A program made the position numbers and the translations under genes. A stretch of 64,000 bases of DNA, taken from positions 69,626,001 to 69,690,000 of the forward strand of contig OZ024742.1 of NCBI GenBank assembly GCA_964016885.1, written 5' to 3'. Source of the stretch: Eledone cirrhosa. Lineage: Eukaryota. Positions 25,147-37,103 of this stretch are shown piece by piece. The notes under the pieces were generated by a model, which worked only from the letters and a program-made list of their open reading frames with translations, did not search any database and was not told the DNA's origin. Within the stretch, counting starts at the first letter, position 1, and every line of letters starts with the position of its first letter.

Positions 25147-26333
25147 TAAGTTTTGAATTTTTAACATATTTAAATCATTTGTGAAATAACAACTCTTAGT
25201 ACAAATGTTACGTAAAGCACCCGGCTTGAGCCCCAAAATATTCGGACCCAAAATATATTGTTATAAGGCTCAAATATTCAAATATTCAACTTTGTATTGT
25301 ACACTGTATATCCAAAAAAGAAAATGGTTATAAATGGAAGAAGAACCCCCCCCCCTCCTCTCCTCCGTCTACACTACAACAACCTATACAAATACGTGAC
25401 CTATAGTAAGGAGCCAATGCTCAGAGCTGTACTGAAGGAGGGGACAGTAGGCCAGGGGATATCCAAGGAGGAAATAACATCAAGGAGGAAGAGCAGCCTT
25501 AAGGGAAAATCCCTTCATAGTACCTTCTTTGAGAAAACTGAATTTAGAGATCCACAGACATGGAACTGGTTGAGAAGAGGAGACCTCAAAAAGGCTACAG
25601 AAGGAATGCTAATGGCTGCGCAGGAGCAGGCCCTCAAAACGAAGTGGTTGAAGCACCATATCTACAAGGAGGAGGCTAGCCCACTGTGCAGGATCTGTGG
25701 AGAGAGAGAGGAGACTGTGGCCCACATTGTGTCCGAGTGTAAACACCTAGCCCAGACCCACTATAAGGGCTGGAGACACGATGTGATGGGCAGGGTGATC
25801 CACTGGCACCTGTGCAAAGTAAACAATCTACCACATTCTGAGAAATGGTATGAGCATAGGCCAGAGGCGGTGATGGAGAACAGTCAGGTGAAGGTGCTGT
25901 GGGATTTTAGGATACAGACGGACAAAAAACTGGAACACAATAGACCTGACCTGGTGGTTGTGGACAAAGAAAAAAGATCGTGCCTGATTGTGGATGTGGC
26001 CTGCCCGTTCGACACGAGAGTGCAAGAGAAGGAGAGGGAGAAAATTAACCGATACCAGGACCTAAAGTGGGAGGTGAAAAGGATTTGGAACTGCCATGAA
26101 GTCAAAGTGATCCCGATTGTCATAGGCGCACTGGGGACTATCTCCAAAGGTTTCCAGGGATGGTTAAAGAAAATCGGCCCCTTCACGCTTTTTGGAACGC
26201 TTCAAAAGGCATGCTTGCTTGGAACGGCAAGAACCCTCCGATACGTCCTGAATATCTGAGGCTGCAGGTAGTGGCTTGATATTCAATCCAACGGACTTTC
26301 CAGTTAACCAACATCAATGACTGAGATTCAAGG
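25147..26333 (+). mobile_element. Dong-like copy 2: leader fused to the 3' third of the element by a ~3.3 kb internal deletion
   Basis: 25147-25376 matches copy-4 leader up to 27044, and 25378 onward matches copy 4 from about 30360. Confidence 0.92.
25324..26259 (+). CDS. 311-aa RT-less ORF: Zn-knuckle + PD-(D/E)xK restriction-like endonuclease
   Basis: Open from the leader ATG (MVINGRRTPPPP..) through CRICGEREETVAHIVSEC and RPDLVVVDKEKRSCLIVDVACP..EKINRYQDL to the normal stop. The frame depends on a C10 run. Confidence 0.55.
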   Translation: MVINGRRTPPPPLLRLHYNNLYKYVTYSKEPMLRAVLKEGTVGQGISKEEITSRRKSSLKGKSLHSTFFEKTEFRDPQTWNWLRRGDLKKATEGMLMAAQEQALKTKWLKHHIYKEEASPLCRICGEREETVAHIVSECKHLAQTHYKGWRHDVMGRVIHWHLCKVNNLPHSEKWYEHRPEAVMENSQVKVLWDFRIQTDKKLEHNRPDLVVVDKEKRSCLIVDVACPFDTRVQEKEREKINRYQDLKWEVKRIWNCHEVKVIPIVIGALGTISKGFQGWLKKIGPFTLFGTLQKACLLGTARTLRYVLNI

Positions 26334-26345
26334 AATAACAATAAC

Positions 26346-26397
<52 letters not shown>

Positions 26398-26401
<4 letters not shown>

Positions 26402-26635
26402 AGTCAAAGTGATCCCGATTGTCATAGGCGCACTGGGGACTATCTCCAAAGGTTTCCAGGGATGGTTAAAGAAAATCGGCCCCTTCACGCTTTTTGGAAC
26501 GCTTCAAAAGGCATGCTTGCTTGGAACGGCAAGAACCCTCCGATACGTCCTGAATATCTGAGGCTGCAGGTAGTGGCTTGATATTCAATCCAACGGACTT
26601 TCCAGTTAACCAACATCAATGACTGAGATTCAAGG
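26398..26635 (+). mobile_element. Dong-like copy 3: ~240-bp 3'-terminal fragment
   Basis: Identical by eye to 26096-26333, flanked by (AAT)n. Confidence 0.9.
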
Positions 26636-26673
26636 AATAACAATAACAATAATAATAATAATAATAATAATAA

Positions 26674-26674
<1 letters not shown>

Positions 26675-26704
<30 letters not shown>

Positions 26705-26779
26705 AAGAAGAAGAAGAAGAAGAAGAAGAAGAAGAAGAAGAAGAAGAAGAAGAAGAAGAAGAAGAAGAAGAAGAAGAAG
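26675..26779. repeat. (AAG)n tract directly 5' of Dong-like copy 4
   Basis: (AAT)n switches to (AAG)n. Confidence 0.95.
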
Positions 26780-29700
26780 ACGCACGAGGTGACGGAGGTC
26801 ATGAAATCGCTCCCGTAAGTTTTGAATTTTTAACATATTTAAATCATTTGTGAAATAACAACTCTTAGTACAAATGTTACGTAAAGCACCCGGCTTGAGC
26901 CCCAAAAAATTCGGACCCAAAATATATTGTTATAAGGCTCAAATATTCAAATATTCAACTTTGTATTGTACACTGTATATCCAAAAAAGAAAATGGTTAT
27001 AAATGGAAGAAGAACCCCCCCCCTCCTCTCCTCCGTCTACACTATATAGGACAGCCAAACTCACCAACACCAGAAACTAGATACACCACCCACCCCATCA
27101 TCTGTGTACACTAAACACAACAGCCAGATAACGGCATTTTCACCTTCACCACCACCGCTCACTACGGCCATCATTACCACCACTATCCCATCACCGCCGC
27201 CACCACCCCTTGACTCCTTCACTGCTGCCACCGCTACAGCACCATCACTACAGTAATACGGTCACATCACCGCCACCACTGCCTCGGTATCGACATCACC
27301 ACCACCACTGTCTCAGTATCGCTACCGCCGCCAGTCTCCCACTTCTCCCTGCTGGCTGCTACTTCCACATTATAGAATTCCTACTACTAACAAAGAGGAA
27401 GGCATCAAAATATATATATAGACTCAAAAGAAAAAAGAAAAAACAAACAACAAAACCAAAGCAGCACAGCAACAACAGCAAAAACGAGAAAAACAAACAG
27501 AGAAAAATAAAAACAAAAAAAGAAACCCCCAAAACGTAAAGAAAATAAGAATGAAGAGAGAAGCCGGCGGATGGACAGAGAAGAGGGGGGAAAAAGTAAA
27601 ACTTAAAAAACAAAAACTAAGTCAGACATTCGAACACTACATTACAATGAAACTTATGCTTATTCAATTTTGGGGCCCTTTCTGCCTGTGTGTTTGTTTG
27701 TTTATGTGTGTTCGTATACAGCGTGGTGATAATGCCACACAAGGGCCAAGTGGGATGGCGGATCCACAGATGGCTATGTAACCATACATTCGCCAATCCT
27801 CGATAAGAGTGTTTAAATATCGAACATAAACAGTTCGAATAACGGTGAAATGGAGACTAGAACGTCATGTGACAGACTCTCACCCAACAGGTGCTCCCTG
27901 GCTCAGCAGCAGGAACCTGGCTGTCATCCAGATACTGCTGGTGTCGGAGGAAGAAGAAGAAGGAAAGGGACCAGAATCAACTGGACGAAAGAATTGAATA
28001 GAACTGTTATGCAATGCTACCTGAAAAGTAACCCCAAGGAGAGGGGCTATAGGAGACGGATGCATAACATCTGGAACGAGATTGGTTTATTTAAATTAGA
28101 TGAACAAAAATTGGCCGGGCAGGCTCGGGTAATAAGAACTAATGGGTGGATAAGCGAGCTGGAACTGGAGGAACTGAGCAGAGAGAATGGCTTGGAGATG
28201 GCGGGTGTAGTATGCCAGACAAGCGAGCCAGTGGGAAATGAAGGTGAAGAGGTCCTGAGAACGGAGGAACCACCCGAAGCAGACAATGATCTGAATACTG
28301 AGATAAATAATACCTGGAACAGAGATACGGCCACTGAGGAGATGAATGCTGACGGGCTAGGACAAGATTCGGTTGACATCCTAAATTTAGTGGTAGATGA
28401 ATTGAACAATGATAGTGGGAGACCTATGAACCTAAGATTTGTAGACAGGAAAAAATTAAAAGAAACAACAGCTAAGGTAAACAAAGTCATCCCATACCTT
28501 GAGGCGAGGAGCCTTCACCAGTGCAACAATATCCTCAAAGCAACAGCAAATACGGTGAGGAAACTACTTGGTATAAAAGCGAGAGGAAACAACAGACAAG
28601 AAAGAGCAGAGCCGTGGTGGAAGAAGCGACTGAGTGGGCAAATCGGGGAAATGAGAAATGACATAGGAAAGCTTGAGTCACTACTGAATGGGACACTAAA
28701 AAACATAGGCACTAAAAATAGACTGGAAATAAAATACAAAACTAGGAGAAAAAAGCTAAATATTATCATAGAGGAATTGAAGCAACGCATTGTAGCAAAG
28801 AGTGCAAAAATCAGGCGATACGAGAACAGAGTCAGTCAGTATAAACAGAACCGCATGTTCGACAACAACCAGAAGATGCTGTTTGGACAGCTTGAGGGGA
28901 AAGAAAGAGGCAACGACTTGATCCCTGGGGCGGAACAAACTAAAACATTCTGGAGAGGAATATGGGAGCAGGATGTTAGACACAATGCCCAGGCAGGGTG
29001 GATTGAGACAGTACAGAGGGAGATCGGTGAGCAGGCACAACAACAAACTGATTTGAGTATCACAGTTGAAACTCTTAAGGGGCAGGCCAAAAAACTAACC
29101 AACTGGAAATCACCAGGCCCAGATGGTGTGCAGGGGTATTGGATTAAACATTTAACATCCCTCCACCCGAAGCTGACGGCCATGTTCAATGACTGCTTGG
29201 TGTCGGGTGAGGTGCCAGAGTGGTTGACAAAAGGTACCACAGTTCTGATAATGAAAGACCGAATCAAGGGTAATGATGTTACCAACTATAGACCTATCAC
29301 ATGTCTGTCCGTAATGTGGAAACTGTTGACGAGCATTGTGTCTGAGGAAATCTACCATCACCTCCACACAAACAACTTGTTACCGGACGAACAGAAAGGA
29401 TGCCGAAAGAAGTCACGTGGTACAAAGGACCAGTTACTTATTGATAAGATGGTAATGGGGAATTGCAGGAGGAGACACACTGATCTTGCCATGGGATGGA
29501 TAGACTACAGAAAGGCATTTGACATGGTGCCTCATTCCTGGATCACCAAAAGCCTGGAGATCTTCAGGGTGGCAGATAACATCAGACAGTTGCTAGGCAG
29601 GAGTATGGGGTCCTGGGAGACAGAGTTGACATCAATTGGAGTATCCTTGGGAAGCGTGAAGATCAAGAGAGGTATCTTCCAGGGAGATAGCCTGTCCCCT

Positions 29701-31315
29701 CTGTTGTTTGTCCTTGCCCTGGTGCCCTTGACCATTATGCTGCGAAAAGTGAGAGCAGGATACAAGTTGGGAAGGGGAGAGCTTACCATCAATCACCTCC
29801 TCTTCATGGACGATCTTAAGCTCTTCGGGAAAAGTGAGAAGGAGTTGGATGTGCTTGTTGACACTGTCCGTATTTTCAGCAGTGATATATGTATGCAGTT
29901 TGGTATTAGTAAATGTGGAGTCATTGTGATGAGGAGGCTAGGTTGAGCAGAAGTAACGGAATCCAGATACCATCAGGTGAGATGATAAAGGAAATTGACT
30001 CTGAGGAAGGATACAAGTATTTGGGCGTTCTGGAGGCTGATGGCATAAAGAACAAAAAAATGAAGGAATTGTTAAGAACTGAATACATTCGGAGAGTAAG
30101 GAGCGTATTGAAGTCACATCTGAACAGCAGAAATGCCATAAGCGCAGTAAATTCCCGAGCTGTGTCTATTATTAGGTACAGTGCGGGAATTCTGAGATGG
30201 AATGTTGCTGAACAAAAAGAAATGGATAGGAAGACTAGGAAGCTATTGACTATCTACAACATGTTCCACAAGAGGAGTGATGTCGATAGACTCTACCTAA
30301 GGAGATCTGAGGGTGGAAGAGGTCTTATCAGCATAGAGGACTGTGTTCAGATGGAGAAAAACAACCTATACAAATACGTGACCTATAGTAAGGAGCCAAT
30401 GCTCAGAACTGTACTGAAGGAGGGGACAGTAGGCCAGGGGATGTCCAAGGAGGAAATATCATCAAGGAGGAAGAGCAGCCTTAAGGGAAAATCCCTTCAT
30501 AGTACCTTCTTTGAGAAAACTGAATTTAGAGATCCACAGACATGGAACTGGTTGAGAAGAGGAGACCTCAAAAAGGCTACAGAAGGAATGCTAATGGCTG
30601 CGCAGGAGCAGGCCCTCAAAAGGAAGTGGTTGAAGCACCATATCTACAAGGAGGAGGCTAGCCCACTGTGCAGGATCTGTGGAGAGAGAGAGGAGACTGT
30701 GGCCCACATTGTGTCCGAGTGTAAACACCTAGCCCAGACCCACTATAAGGGCTGGAGACACGATGTGATGGGCAGGGTGATCCACTGGCACCTGTGCAAA
30801 GTAAACAATTTACCACATTCTGAGAAATGGTATGAGCATAGGCCAGAGGCGGTGATGGAGAACAATCAGGTGAAGGTGCTGTGGGATTTTAGGATACAGA
30901 CGGACAAAAAACTGGAACACAATAGACCTGACCTGGTGGTTGTGGACAAAGAAAAAAGATCGTGCCTGATTGTGGATGTGGCCTGCCCGTTCGACACGAG
31001 AGTGCAAGAGAAGGAGAGGGAGAAAATTAACCGATACCAGGACCTAAAGTGGGAGGTGAAAAGGATTTGGAACTGCCATGAAGTCAAAGTGATCCCGATT
31101 GTCATAGGCGCACTGGGGACTATCTCCAAAAGTTTCCAGGGATGGTTAAAGAAAATCGGCCCATTCACGCTTTTTGGAACGCTTCAAAAGGCATGCTTGC
31201 TTGGAACAGCAAGAACCCTCCGATACGTCCTGAATATCTGAGGCTGCAGGTAGTGGCTTGATATTCAGTCCAACGGACTTTCCAGTTGACCAACATCAAT
31301 GACTGAGATTCAAGG
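26779..31315 (+). mobile_element. R4/Dong-like RLE retrotransposon copy 4 with complete Tx1-like leader
   Basis: Longest 5' end of the family in this window, same domains as copy 1, (AAC/AAT)n tail. Confidence 0.93.
27850..31241 (+). pseudogene. Dong-like RT-RLE ORF (~1130 aa if repaired), single 1-nt frameshift near 29937
   Basis: ORFs 27850..29946 (698 aa) and 29913..31241 (442 aa) join to VMRRGRLSRSNG if one base is added. Confidence 0.9.
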
Positions 31316-31599
31316 AATAACAACAACAATAATAATAATAATAATAATGATTTCTTTATTAACCACAAGGGTTTACATAAAGTAGACATTAATGACAGTG
31401 CAGGACAATGCAGGACGGTACAAATGGGCATTTCTGCGTGTAAAAAACAAAAACAGAGGATGTAACAAAAAAATAACGATGAAAAATTCCCCAATAGGGG
31501 TGAGACTTCGGAGGGACATTTGTGGAGAAAGCCCAGTAACAAGCCACAATGACCCTGACCACCAAGGCAAGTGCCCTCTCCCAGTTTTCCACCTTTAAT

Positions 31600-34500
31600 T
31601 TACAGATATATACTCAGAGTAGGCCCATTCACTCGGGCCATTCTTGCTTCTCTCACCCATCTTTCAACAAAATGCTGGGAAGAGAGCACTTCCCTCTCTA
31701 CTCTGATTTTCCTTTTCAAATGAAATTTGAAAAAGTCAATCAGAGCATCACCGAAGAGGTAAGTGCTCGTCTTCAGCCCTTTCAAACGTGTCCACCATAT
31801 TATCTCTTTCGCCATGGCCACCAGACAGATAAAAACTGCCTACCCTTCCCGGCTAAAGGAGGAGGGCGGGGCAATCCTCACGATGGACTCAGATGATAGC
31901 CGGATCCGTCCTAAACGCGACAGCAGGTGTTCGACATAAACCCACAAGTCAGCAATTTTCGGACACTGGACGAGTGCGTGCAGGACGGTTTCGTCGCCCT
32001 GCGCGCATCTCGGACATGCCCGGGTGACGGCACCTCCATGCCTGTAGAGTTTATGCCGAACTGGCAAGGCTCCTCGGTAGCACTGCCAGGCCAGAGATTT
32101 CTGGAAGTTGTCCATAGGCCCCGGCCCGAAAGTTCTTCCGAAGAGATTGGCTAGTTGATTTTCGTCGACGCCTAGAGTTTCCCCAAGTACGTCGTCGCTC
32201 TTCCCCTCCACTAATCCTCTATAGAACACCGAGGTGGAGTTTCCAGCGATCACATTGCCCGAGTGGTCGAGGGCTGTGAGCGCCTGAAGACATTCCAGTC
32301 TCCAGGCGCTCCCTCTCAGTCTTCGCTTGACCCAGCACTGCAGCTCCGTCAAGGAAACGAGCTGGGAAAATACGTGTCTAGCAAACGGCGACCACACCTG
32401 ATCACCGTCGAGGAAGAGGTGGAGATGTCGTAGCCTGAGCGCGTGCCTGCGCATCATCAGCCACGGCATGCCCAGCCCTCCACGTAGCGGGTGTTGACAA
32501 TAGATGCACCGCTTGACCATCGGAGCACGTCCCTCCCACAAAAAGCGAAAGAGCAAACGCTCCAGCGCAGTCAGGCGAGGCTTAGGACAAGGTACGACGG
32601 TCAGGCGGTAGCAGATGACAGACGCGATGTACGCGTTAGCCACCTCCGCTCGACCTTTCAGGGATAGCTTCCTCTCCGCCCATTTCTGGGTGAGAGAAGC
32701 CACCCTGCTCGTCACCTCGTCCCAGCTTTTGTCCGTCTGGAGGTCCGGACCGAACCAGACCCCTAGCAATTTAACCGGTCCGTCCGTCCAGCGCCCGACG
32801 ACGCTGTTGGACGGCATGGACCTTCCTCTCCAGGTGCCGAGCTGCAGCCCCACTGACTTTTCCTGGTTGATCATTACTCCTGTCACCGCTTCGTATTCTC
32901 TTAGTGTAGTGCCGATCGCCTCGATGTGTTTGGCGTTCGACACCACTACGGTGACATCGTCCGCATATGCTGACACGGATCTTCCGCATCCTAGTTCGCG
33001 CGGGCCTCCCCTCAACGTTTCCAGTTTGTGCAGTAATGGCTCGAGAGTCAATACGTACAAGATGGACGAGAGGGGACATCCTTGGGGGACCGAGCGCATG
33101 ATGTTGAACGGTTCCGACAGGTGACCGTTCACTCTCACCACAGAGCAGATGTCGCTGTGCATGGCAGCGATCCAGCCTCTGAAGACGGGCCCAAAGCCAG
33201 CCGCCCTCAGGACTGCCGCTAGGTAACGATGGTCGACCCTATCGAAAGCTTTCGACTGATCTAAATTGATCAAGGACCCACCCGTGCCAGGTTCCTTAGC
33301 TACCCTCTCTATGATGTATCGCATGAGGTGGAGGTTGTCGTGGATGGATCTGTCGGGAATGGCGCATATCTGCGCCTCTCCCACCAGACCACCAACGACA
33401 AGCGCCAACCTCTTTGCTAGCACCTTGGCCAAAATCTTGAACTCTGTGTTTAGCAGAGTTATGGGCCGGAAATTATCTATGTTATCCCCCTTGTTCGGAT
33501 CCTTTCTCAGCAGTGCCACCGGGAATTCTCACGTTCTGTTGCCAGTTGCAGTAGACGTCCACCAAGAGGCCTCCGAACAAGTCTGGCATCTGTACGTAAA
33601 GTTCATAGGGCAGACCATCCAAACCAGGCGATTTACCCCTTGTGCAGCCAGTCATTGCCTCCCGTACTTCAGCGGCTGTTATCGGCTTTTCGCAACACTC
33701 CGCCTCAGTGGCCGAAAGCCGCGGCAGTCCGTCGAGGTAGACACTAAAGTCCATCCCTCGATCCGGCCCGCCACTGCCCCCGAACAGTTGAGCGAAGTGT
33801 CGCTGAAAAGCTTCAAACATTTGCCCGGGATCGAGTAGCATGCGCCCGTCGTGGTCCACCAAAGACCGGATCGTGGCTTTGTTGCCACGACGCGCCTCCG
33901 CCACTCGGGCCCATTGAACGGCTTTCGTCCCCTCGTGTCTGAGAGCACGCACCCTTGCTCTGACATCGCAGCCTTCGTGCTTTGCATTGAAGAATTGGTC
34001 AAGGGCCAATTTCGCCGCAAGCACGTCGGTCGCAATGCCTTTGCTAAGCGCCTCGTCTAATTTTCTAACTAGTTCTCCCTCTGCTCTATTTTTCTCTATT
34101 GCTAAAGCCTTACTAAACCTAATCGATTCTATTCTAATCGCTCTTTTTAGAGCAAACCACCACTTGTTGTTGACGATGGCCCCCGTCAACGCCCGCTTAA
34201 CTAGTTCGCTAATCCGGTCTCTGTAGGCCTTGCGCGCTGGTAAGGACGCGCTTAGCTTCCAGTAGCCGGGTCCTCGTCTATAAAGCTTATCTAAGTCAAG
34301 CACACAGATCACGAATTTGTGGTCCGTGTAGCTGACTATCTTGAATTGTGGACAGCCTATGCTAGACCTATCTATTTCCCTACAAAATACTCTATCTAGA
34401 TATGTTCTGGATGACCCTATGCGGTTTGTCCAAGTCCACATTGGCACATTCGGGAAATCCAATCGGTACCTGTCAGACAGTTCAAAACGCCTGAGCAGGT

Positions 34501-34998
34501 TGGTGAGGCTCTTGCACCCTCCACCCCTATCCGCTAATCCCACACAGTCCCAGCGTGCATCTAAGATTCCGTTCCAGTCGCCCACTAACACTAAAGAGCG
34601 GGACGTTCCAAGAAAGGTCTTCAGACGCCGGAAGAAATCAGGCCGCCCTGCTCCTGTCGGGGCATAGACGGCAACTAGCCTGAAAGCTTGCCCGTCTCCG
34701 CTGGTCACGTCCAGCACCACCAGCTTACCCTCTGGGTCCAGGAAGATGGCCCGTATGGCGAGATCCAAACCTCTCCGAAAAAGCACAGCAACTCCTCCAC
34801 CCGATCCAGGACGGCTGGGAGATGCGTACACATCGTAGCCGCCGAAGATCGGTGCGAAGGCCCGTGCTTCGGAGATTCTGGTCTCGCTGATGGCCACTAC
34901 ATCTATGTTTAGTGACCTGAGATCATTGAGCAGGTGACCCTGCTTCCATGACGACCCCAAGCCACGCGCATTATGCTGCCTATTCTGAGTGAGGTCAT
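31600..34998 (-). pseudogene. Tx1 ORF2 (APE-RT-CCHC); lesions: -1 near 34970, 20-nt deletion near 33520, premature TAG at 31840
   Basis: ORFs 33482..34960, 31840..33519 and 31600..31821. Zn finger CPRCAQGDETVLHALVQC. Lesions were inferred by comparing with copies C and D. Confidence 0.92.
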
Positions 34999-35153
34999 GT
35001 TTAAAATAGAGTGGAAAAGATGGGAAAGACCACTTACCGTACTTTTGGTAGAGGAGGGATGGTTTTTACATCCTTTTTCACTTGATCGTCTGGTGAAGGG
35101 ACCGTTGAATCGTCCCTTCGGCTGGTCGTCGGCTCTTCTAAGAGAATGTCTGA

Positions 35154-37103
35154 TTATACTCTTCGATTGATGGTTCCTCCTAGGTCCCTGAAATCACCAA
35201 CTGCGTTGGGGAATTTCGTTTTAATGTTTGTGTATTGTTTCTGTGCTATTTTTAGCAGTCTTATGTTAGTTGGCGTTTTGATTGGTGCTGGTATTATGTA
35301 GTCCTGTTGTGAAATGTCTGTGTGTTCAATTATGTAAGTCATTAGTTTCTTGTGTGTATTTATTGCCGTGCATTTGTTTTTCTGGGGGTGGGGTGTGGTT
35401 CTGCTATTTTCTTGTCGTTGTTGCAGGGTGTGTGTGTTTTGTTGTTGTGTTTGCGATGTTGGTGCTTGTGGTGGTGGTGTTGAAGGTGTTGTTGGCGGTG
35501 GGGTTGTCGCCGGTGGTGATGGTGGTGCTAGTGTGGGTGGTGATGGTGTTGGTGGTGTTGCTGCTGTGGGTCTCTTTGCAGTAGACTTTACCCTTTTCTC
35601 ATTTCTTTCCTCCCTTTTCAAAGGCGACGATGCGCTGCTTCTGCGTGTGTGCCTTCTTACGACCTTTTGCCATCCCTCTCCCACCTCACACTCCATGTCT
35701 GATTCTGTGAGGTCGGGGAGGGGTACCAGCTCCACTCTTTCACTTGTTGTTGTTGGTGATGTTTGCACTGGAGTCTCTGTTGCAGCTACATTTGGTATTG
35801 CTGTTGTTGTTGTTAATATTTCCACTGCTGCTGCTGTTTTTGATTTCCGTGGAGTGGGTATGGGTGCCACGGACCTATCGTTCCTGGTTGCCGCTTGTCC
35901 TGTTGCTGGTAGCCGTGGAGCCGGATTCGGAAGGATGGGGGTTTTCTCCTTTCTCAGGGTCTTCTCGTTGCAGAAGGCCCTGAGGTGAGTCTTCGATCCA
36001 CAGCGAAAGCATTTCGGGTGTTTGCCCTCAACACTTATGGGCAGTTGAGTGCCGTTATCGAAGTCTATCACATCCGAGATAGTTTCGATGCACTCCTGGT
36101 TGGTTTGGATTAGCATCTCAATGGAGGTGCCGACCCAATCTTCTCTTACTTTTTTCTGTACTTGCAGTACAGTTGTTTTGTCCTCGATTCCGACGAGGAC
36201 ACACGCGGCCAGCCAAGAAGGGGCCATTCCGGGGGGGACGTGGGTCAGTTTGACCCTCACAATTTTTTGCCCGCAGTAGGAGGGCACCAACACCATTTCC
36301 TCGCTCCTTAGGGTCACTACTGATTGGGCCTTTGCCTCCTGGGGTGTGGCAAAAAGTACGTCTACGGTGGCATATTTTTTGCCTCGGGTGATGTGCGTTT
36401 TCCGCTGCCACACAGACCCCAAGGCTTTTTGTATCTGAGCCTCTGTGGCTCTTTCCACCCTACGGGATTTTATACTTACTGTACGGTACGTGACCGTACA
36501 GTGCTGTTGGGTTTCGAAAAATTTTTCCGCTGCCTTGCAGATTGCTCGGTGTCCATTCTTTGTCACCATCTTCTTCGCTTCCTCTAATTCCTCATTTGTT
36601 ATGAGGATTGTTTCCAAGTTTTTCGCAATGCCTGCAAATGAGATTGGTTTTTCTTTGCTGCTATTGTTGTTGTCGTCAGAGCTGCTGGTACTTTTGTTGT
36701 TGCTGCAGGTACTACGACTACTGCCTCCGCAGTTGTTGCTGTGGTTGTTGTTGGTGTTGCTGCTGCTAATGCTGTTGTTGTTTATGCTGCTGGTGATGCT
36801 GTTGCGGCTGCTACTGTTGTTTTCATTGTCACTGTTGCTGTTGTTATTACGGCTGCTATTGCTATTATTCCTGACGTCAGACGAATGAACTGGGTTTTCG
36901 TATTTCCCGCACACCTGTTTCGTCGCTGTCGTCGTCGTCGTGGAGAAACCTTGCACGCTTTGCACGAGACTTTTCTTTTCTTTCGTCACTTGCGAAAGAG
37001 AAGGGAGGGAGAGAGACAATCTTCTCTCTGCTGTAGTGATGATTGAGGAAGAAGAAGACGGAATGAGTGGGAGTGACGTATGAAATTTCTTTTTCGTAGC
37101 CAT
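35154..37103 (-). CDS. Tx1 ORF1 (gag-like): Asn/Ser-rich N-terminus, RRM-like core, CCHC knuckle, Pro/Thr-rich linker; stop probably premature
   Basis: 649-aa ORF with CFRCGSKTHLRAFC. The homologous C-terminus (SDILLEEPT..) continues past the TAA at 35154. Confidence 0.85.
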   Translation of the reverse strand: MATKKKFHTSLPLIPSSSSSIITTAERRLSLSLPSLSQVTKEKKSLVQSVQGFSTTTTTATKQVCGKYENPVHSSDVRNNSNSSRNNNSNSDNENNSSSRNSITSSINNNSISSSNTNNNHSNNCGGSSRSTCSNNKSTSSSDDNNNSSKEKPISFAGIAKNLETILITNEELEEAKKMVTKNGHRAICKAAEKFFETQQHCTVTYRTVSIKSRRVERATEAQIQKALGSVWQRKTHITRGKKYATVDVLFATPQEAKAQSVVTLRSEEMVLVPSYCGQKIVRVKLTHVPPGMAPSWLAACVLVGIEDKTTVLQVQKKVREDWVGTSIEMLIQTNQECIETISDVIDFDNGTQLPISVEGKHPKCFRCGSKTHLRAFCNEKTLRKEKTPILPNPAPRLPATGQAATRNDRSVAPIPTPRKSKTAAAVEILTTTTAIPNVAATETPVQTSPTTTSERVELVPLPDLTESDMECEVGEGWQKVVRRHTRRSSASSPLKREERNEKRVKSTAKRPTAATPPTPSPPTLAPPSPPATTPPPTTPSTPPPQAPTSQTQQQNTHTLQQRQENSRTTPHPQKNKCTAINTHKKLMTYIIEHTDISQQDYIIPAPIKTPTNIRLLKIAQKQYTNIKTKFPNAVGDFRDLGGTINRRV

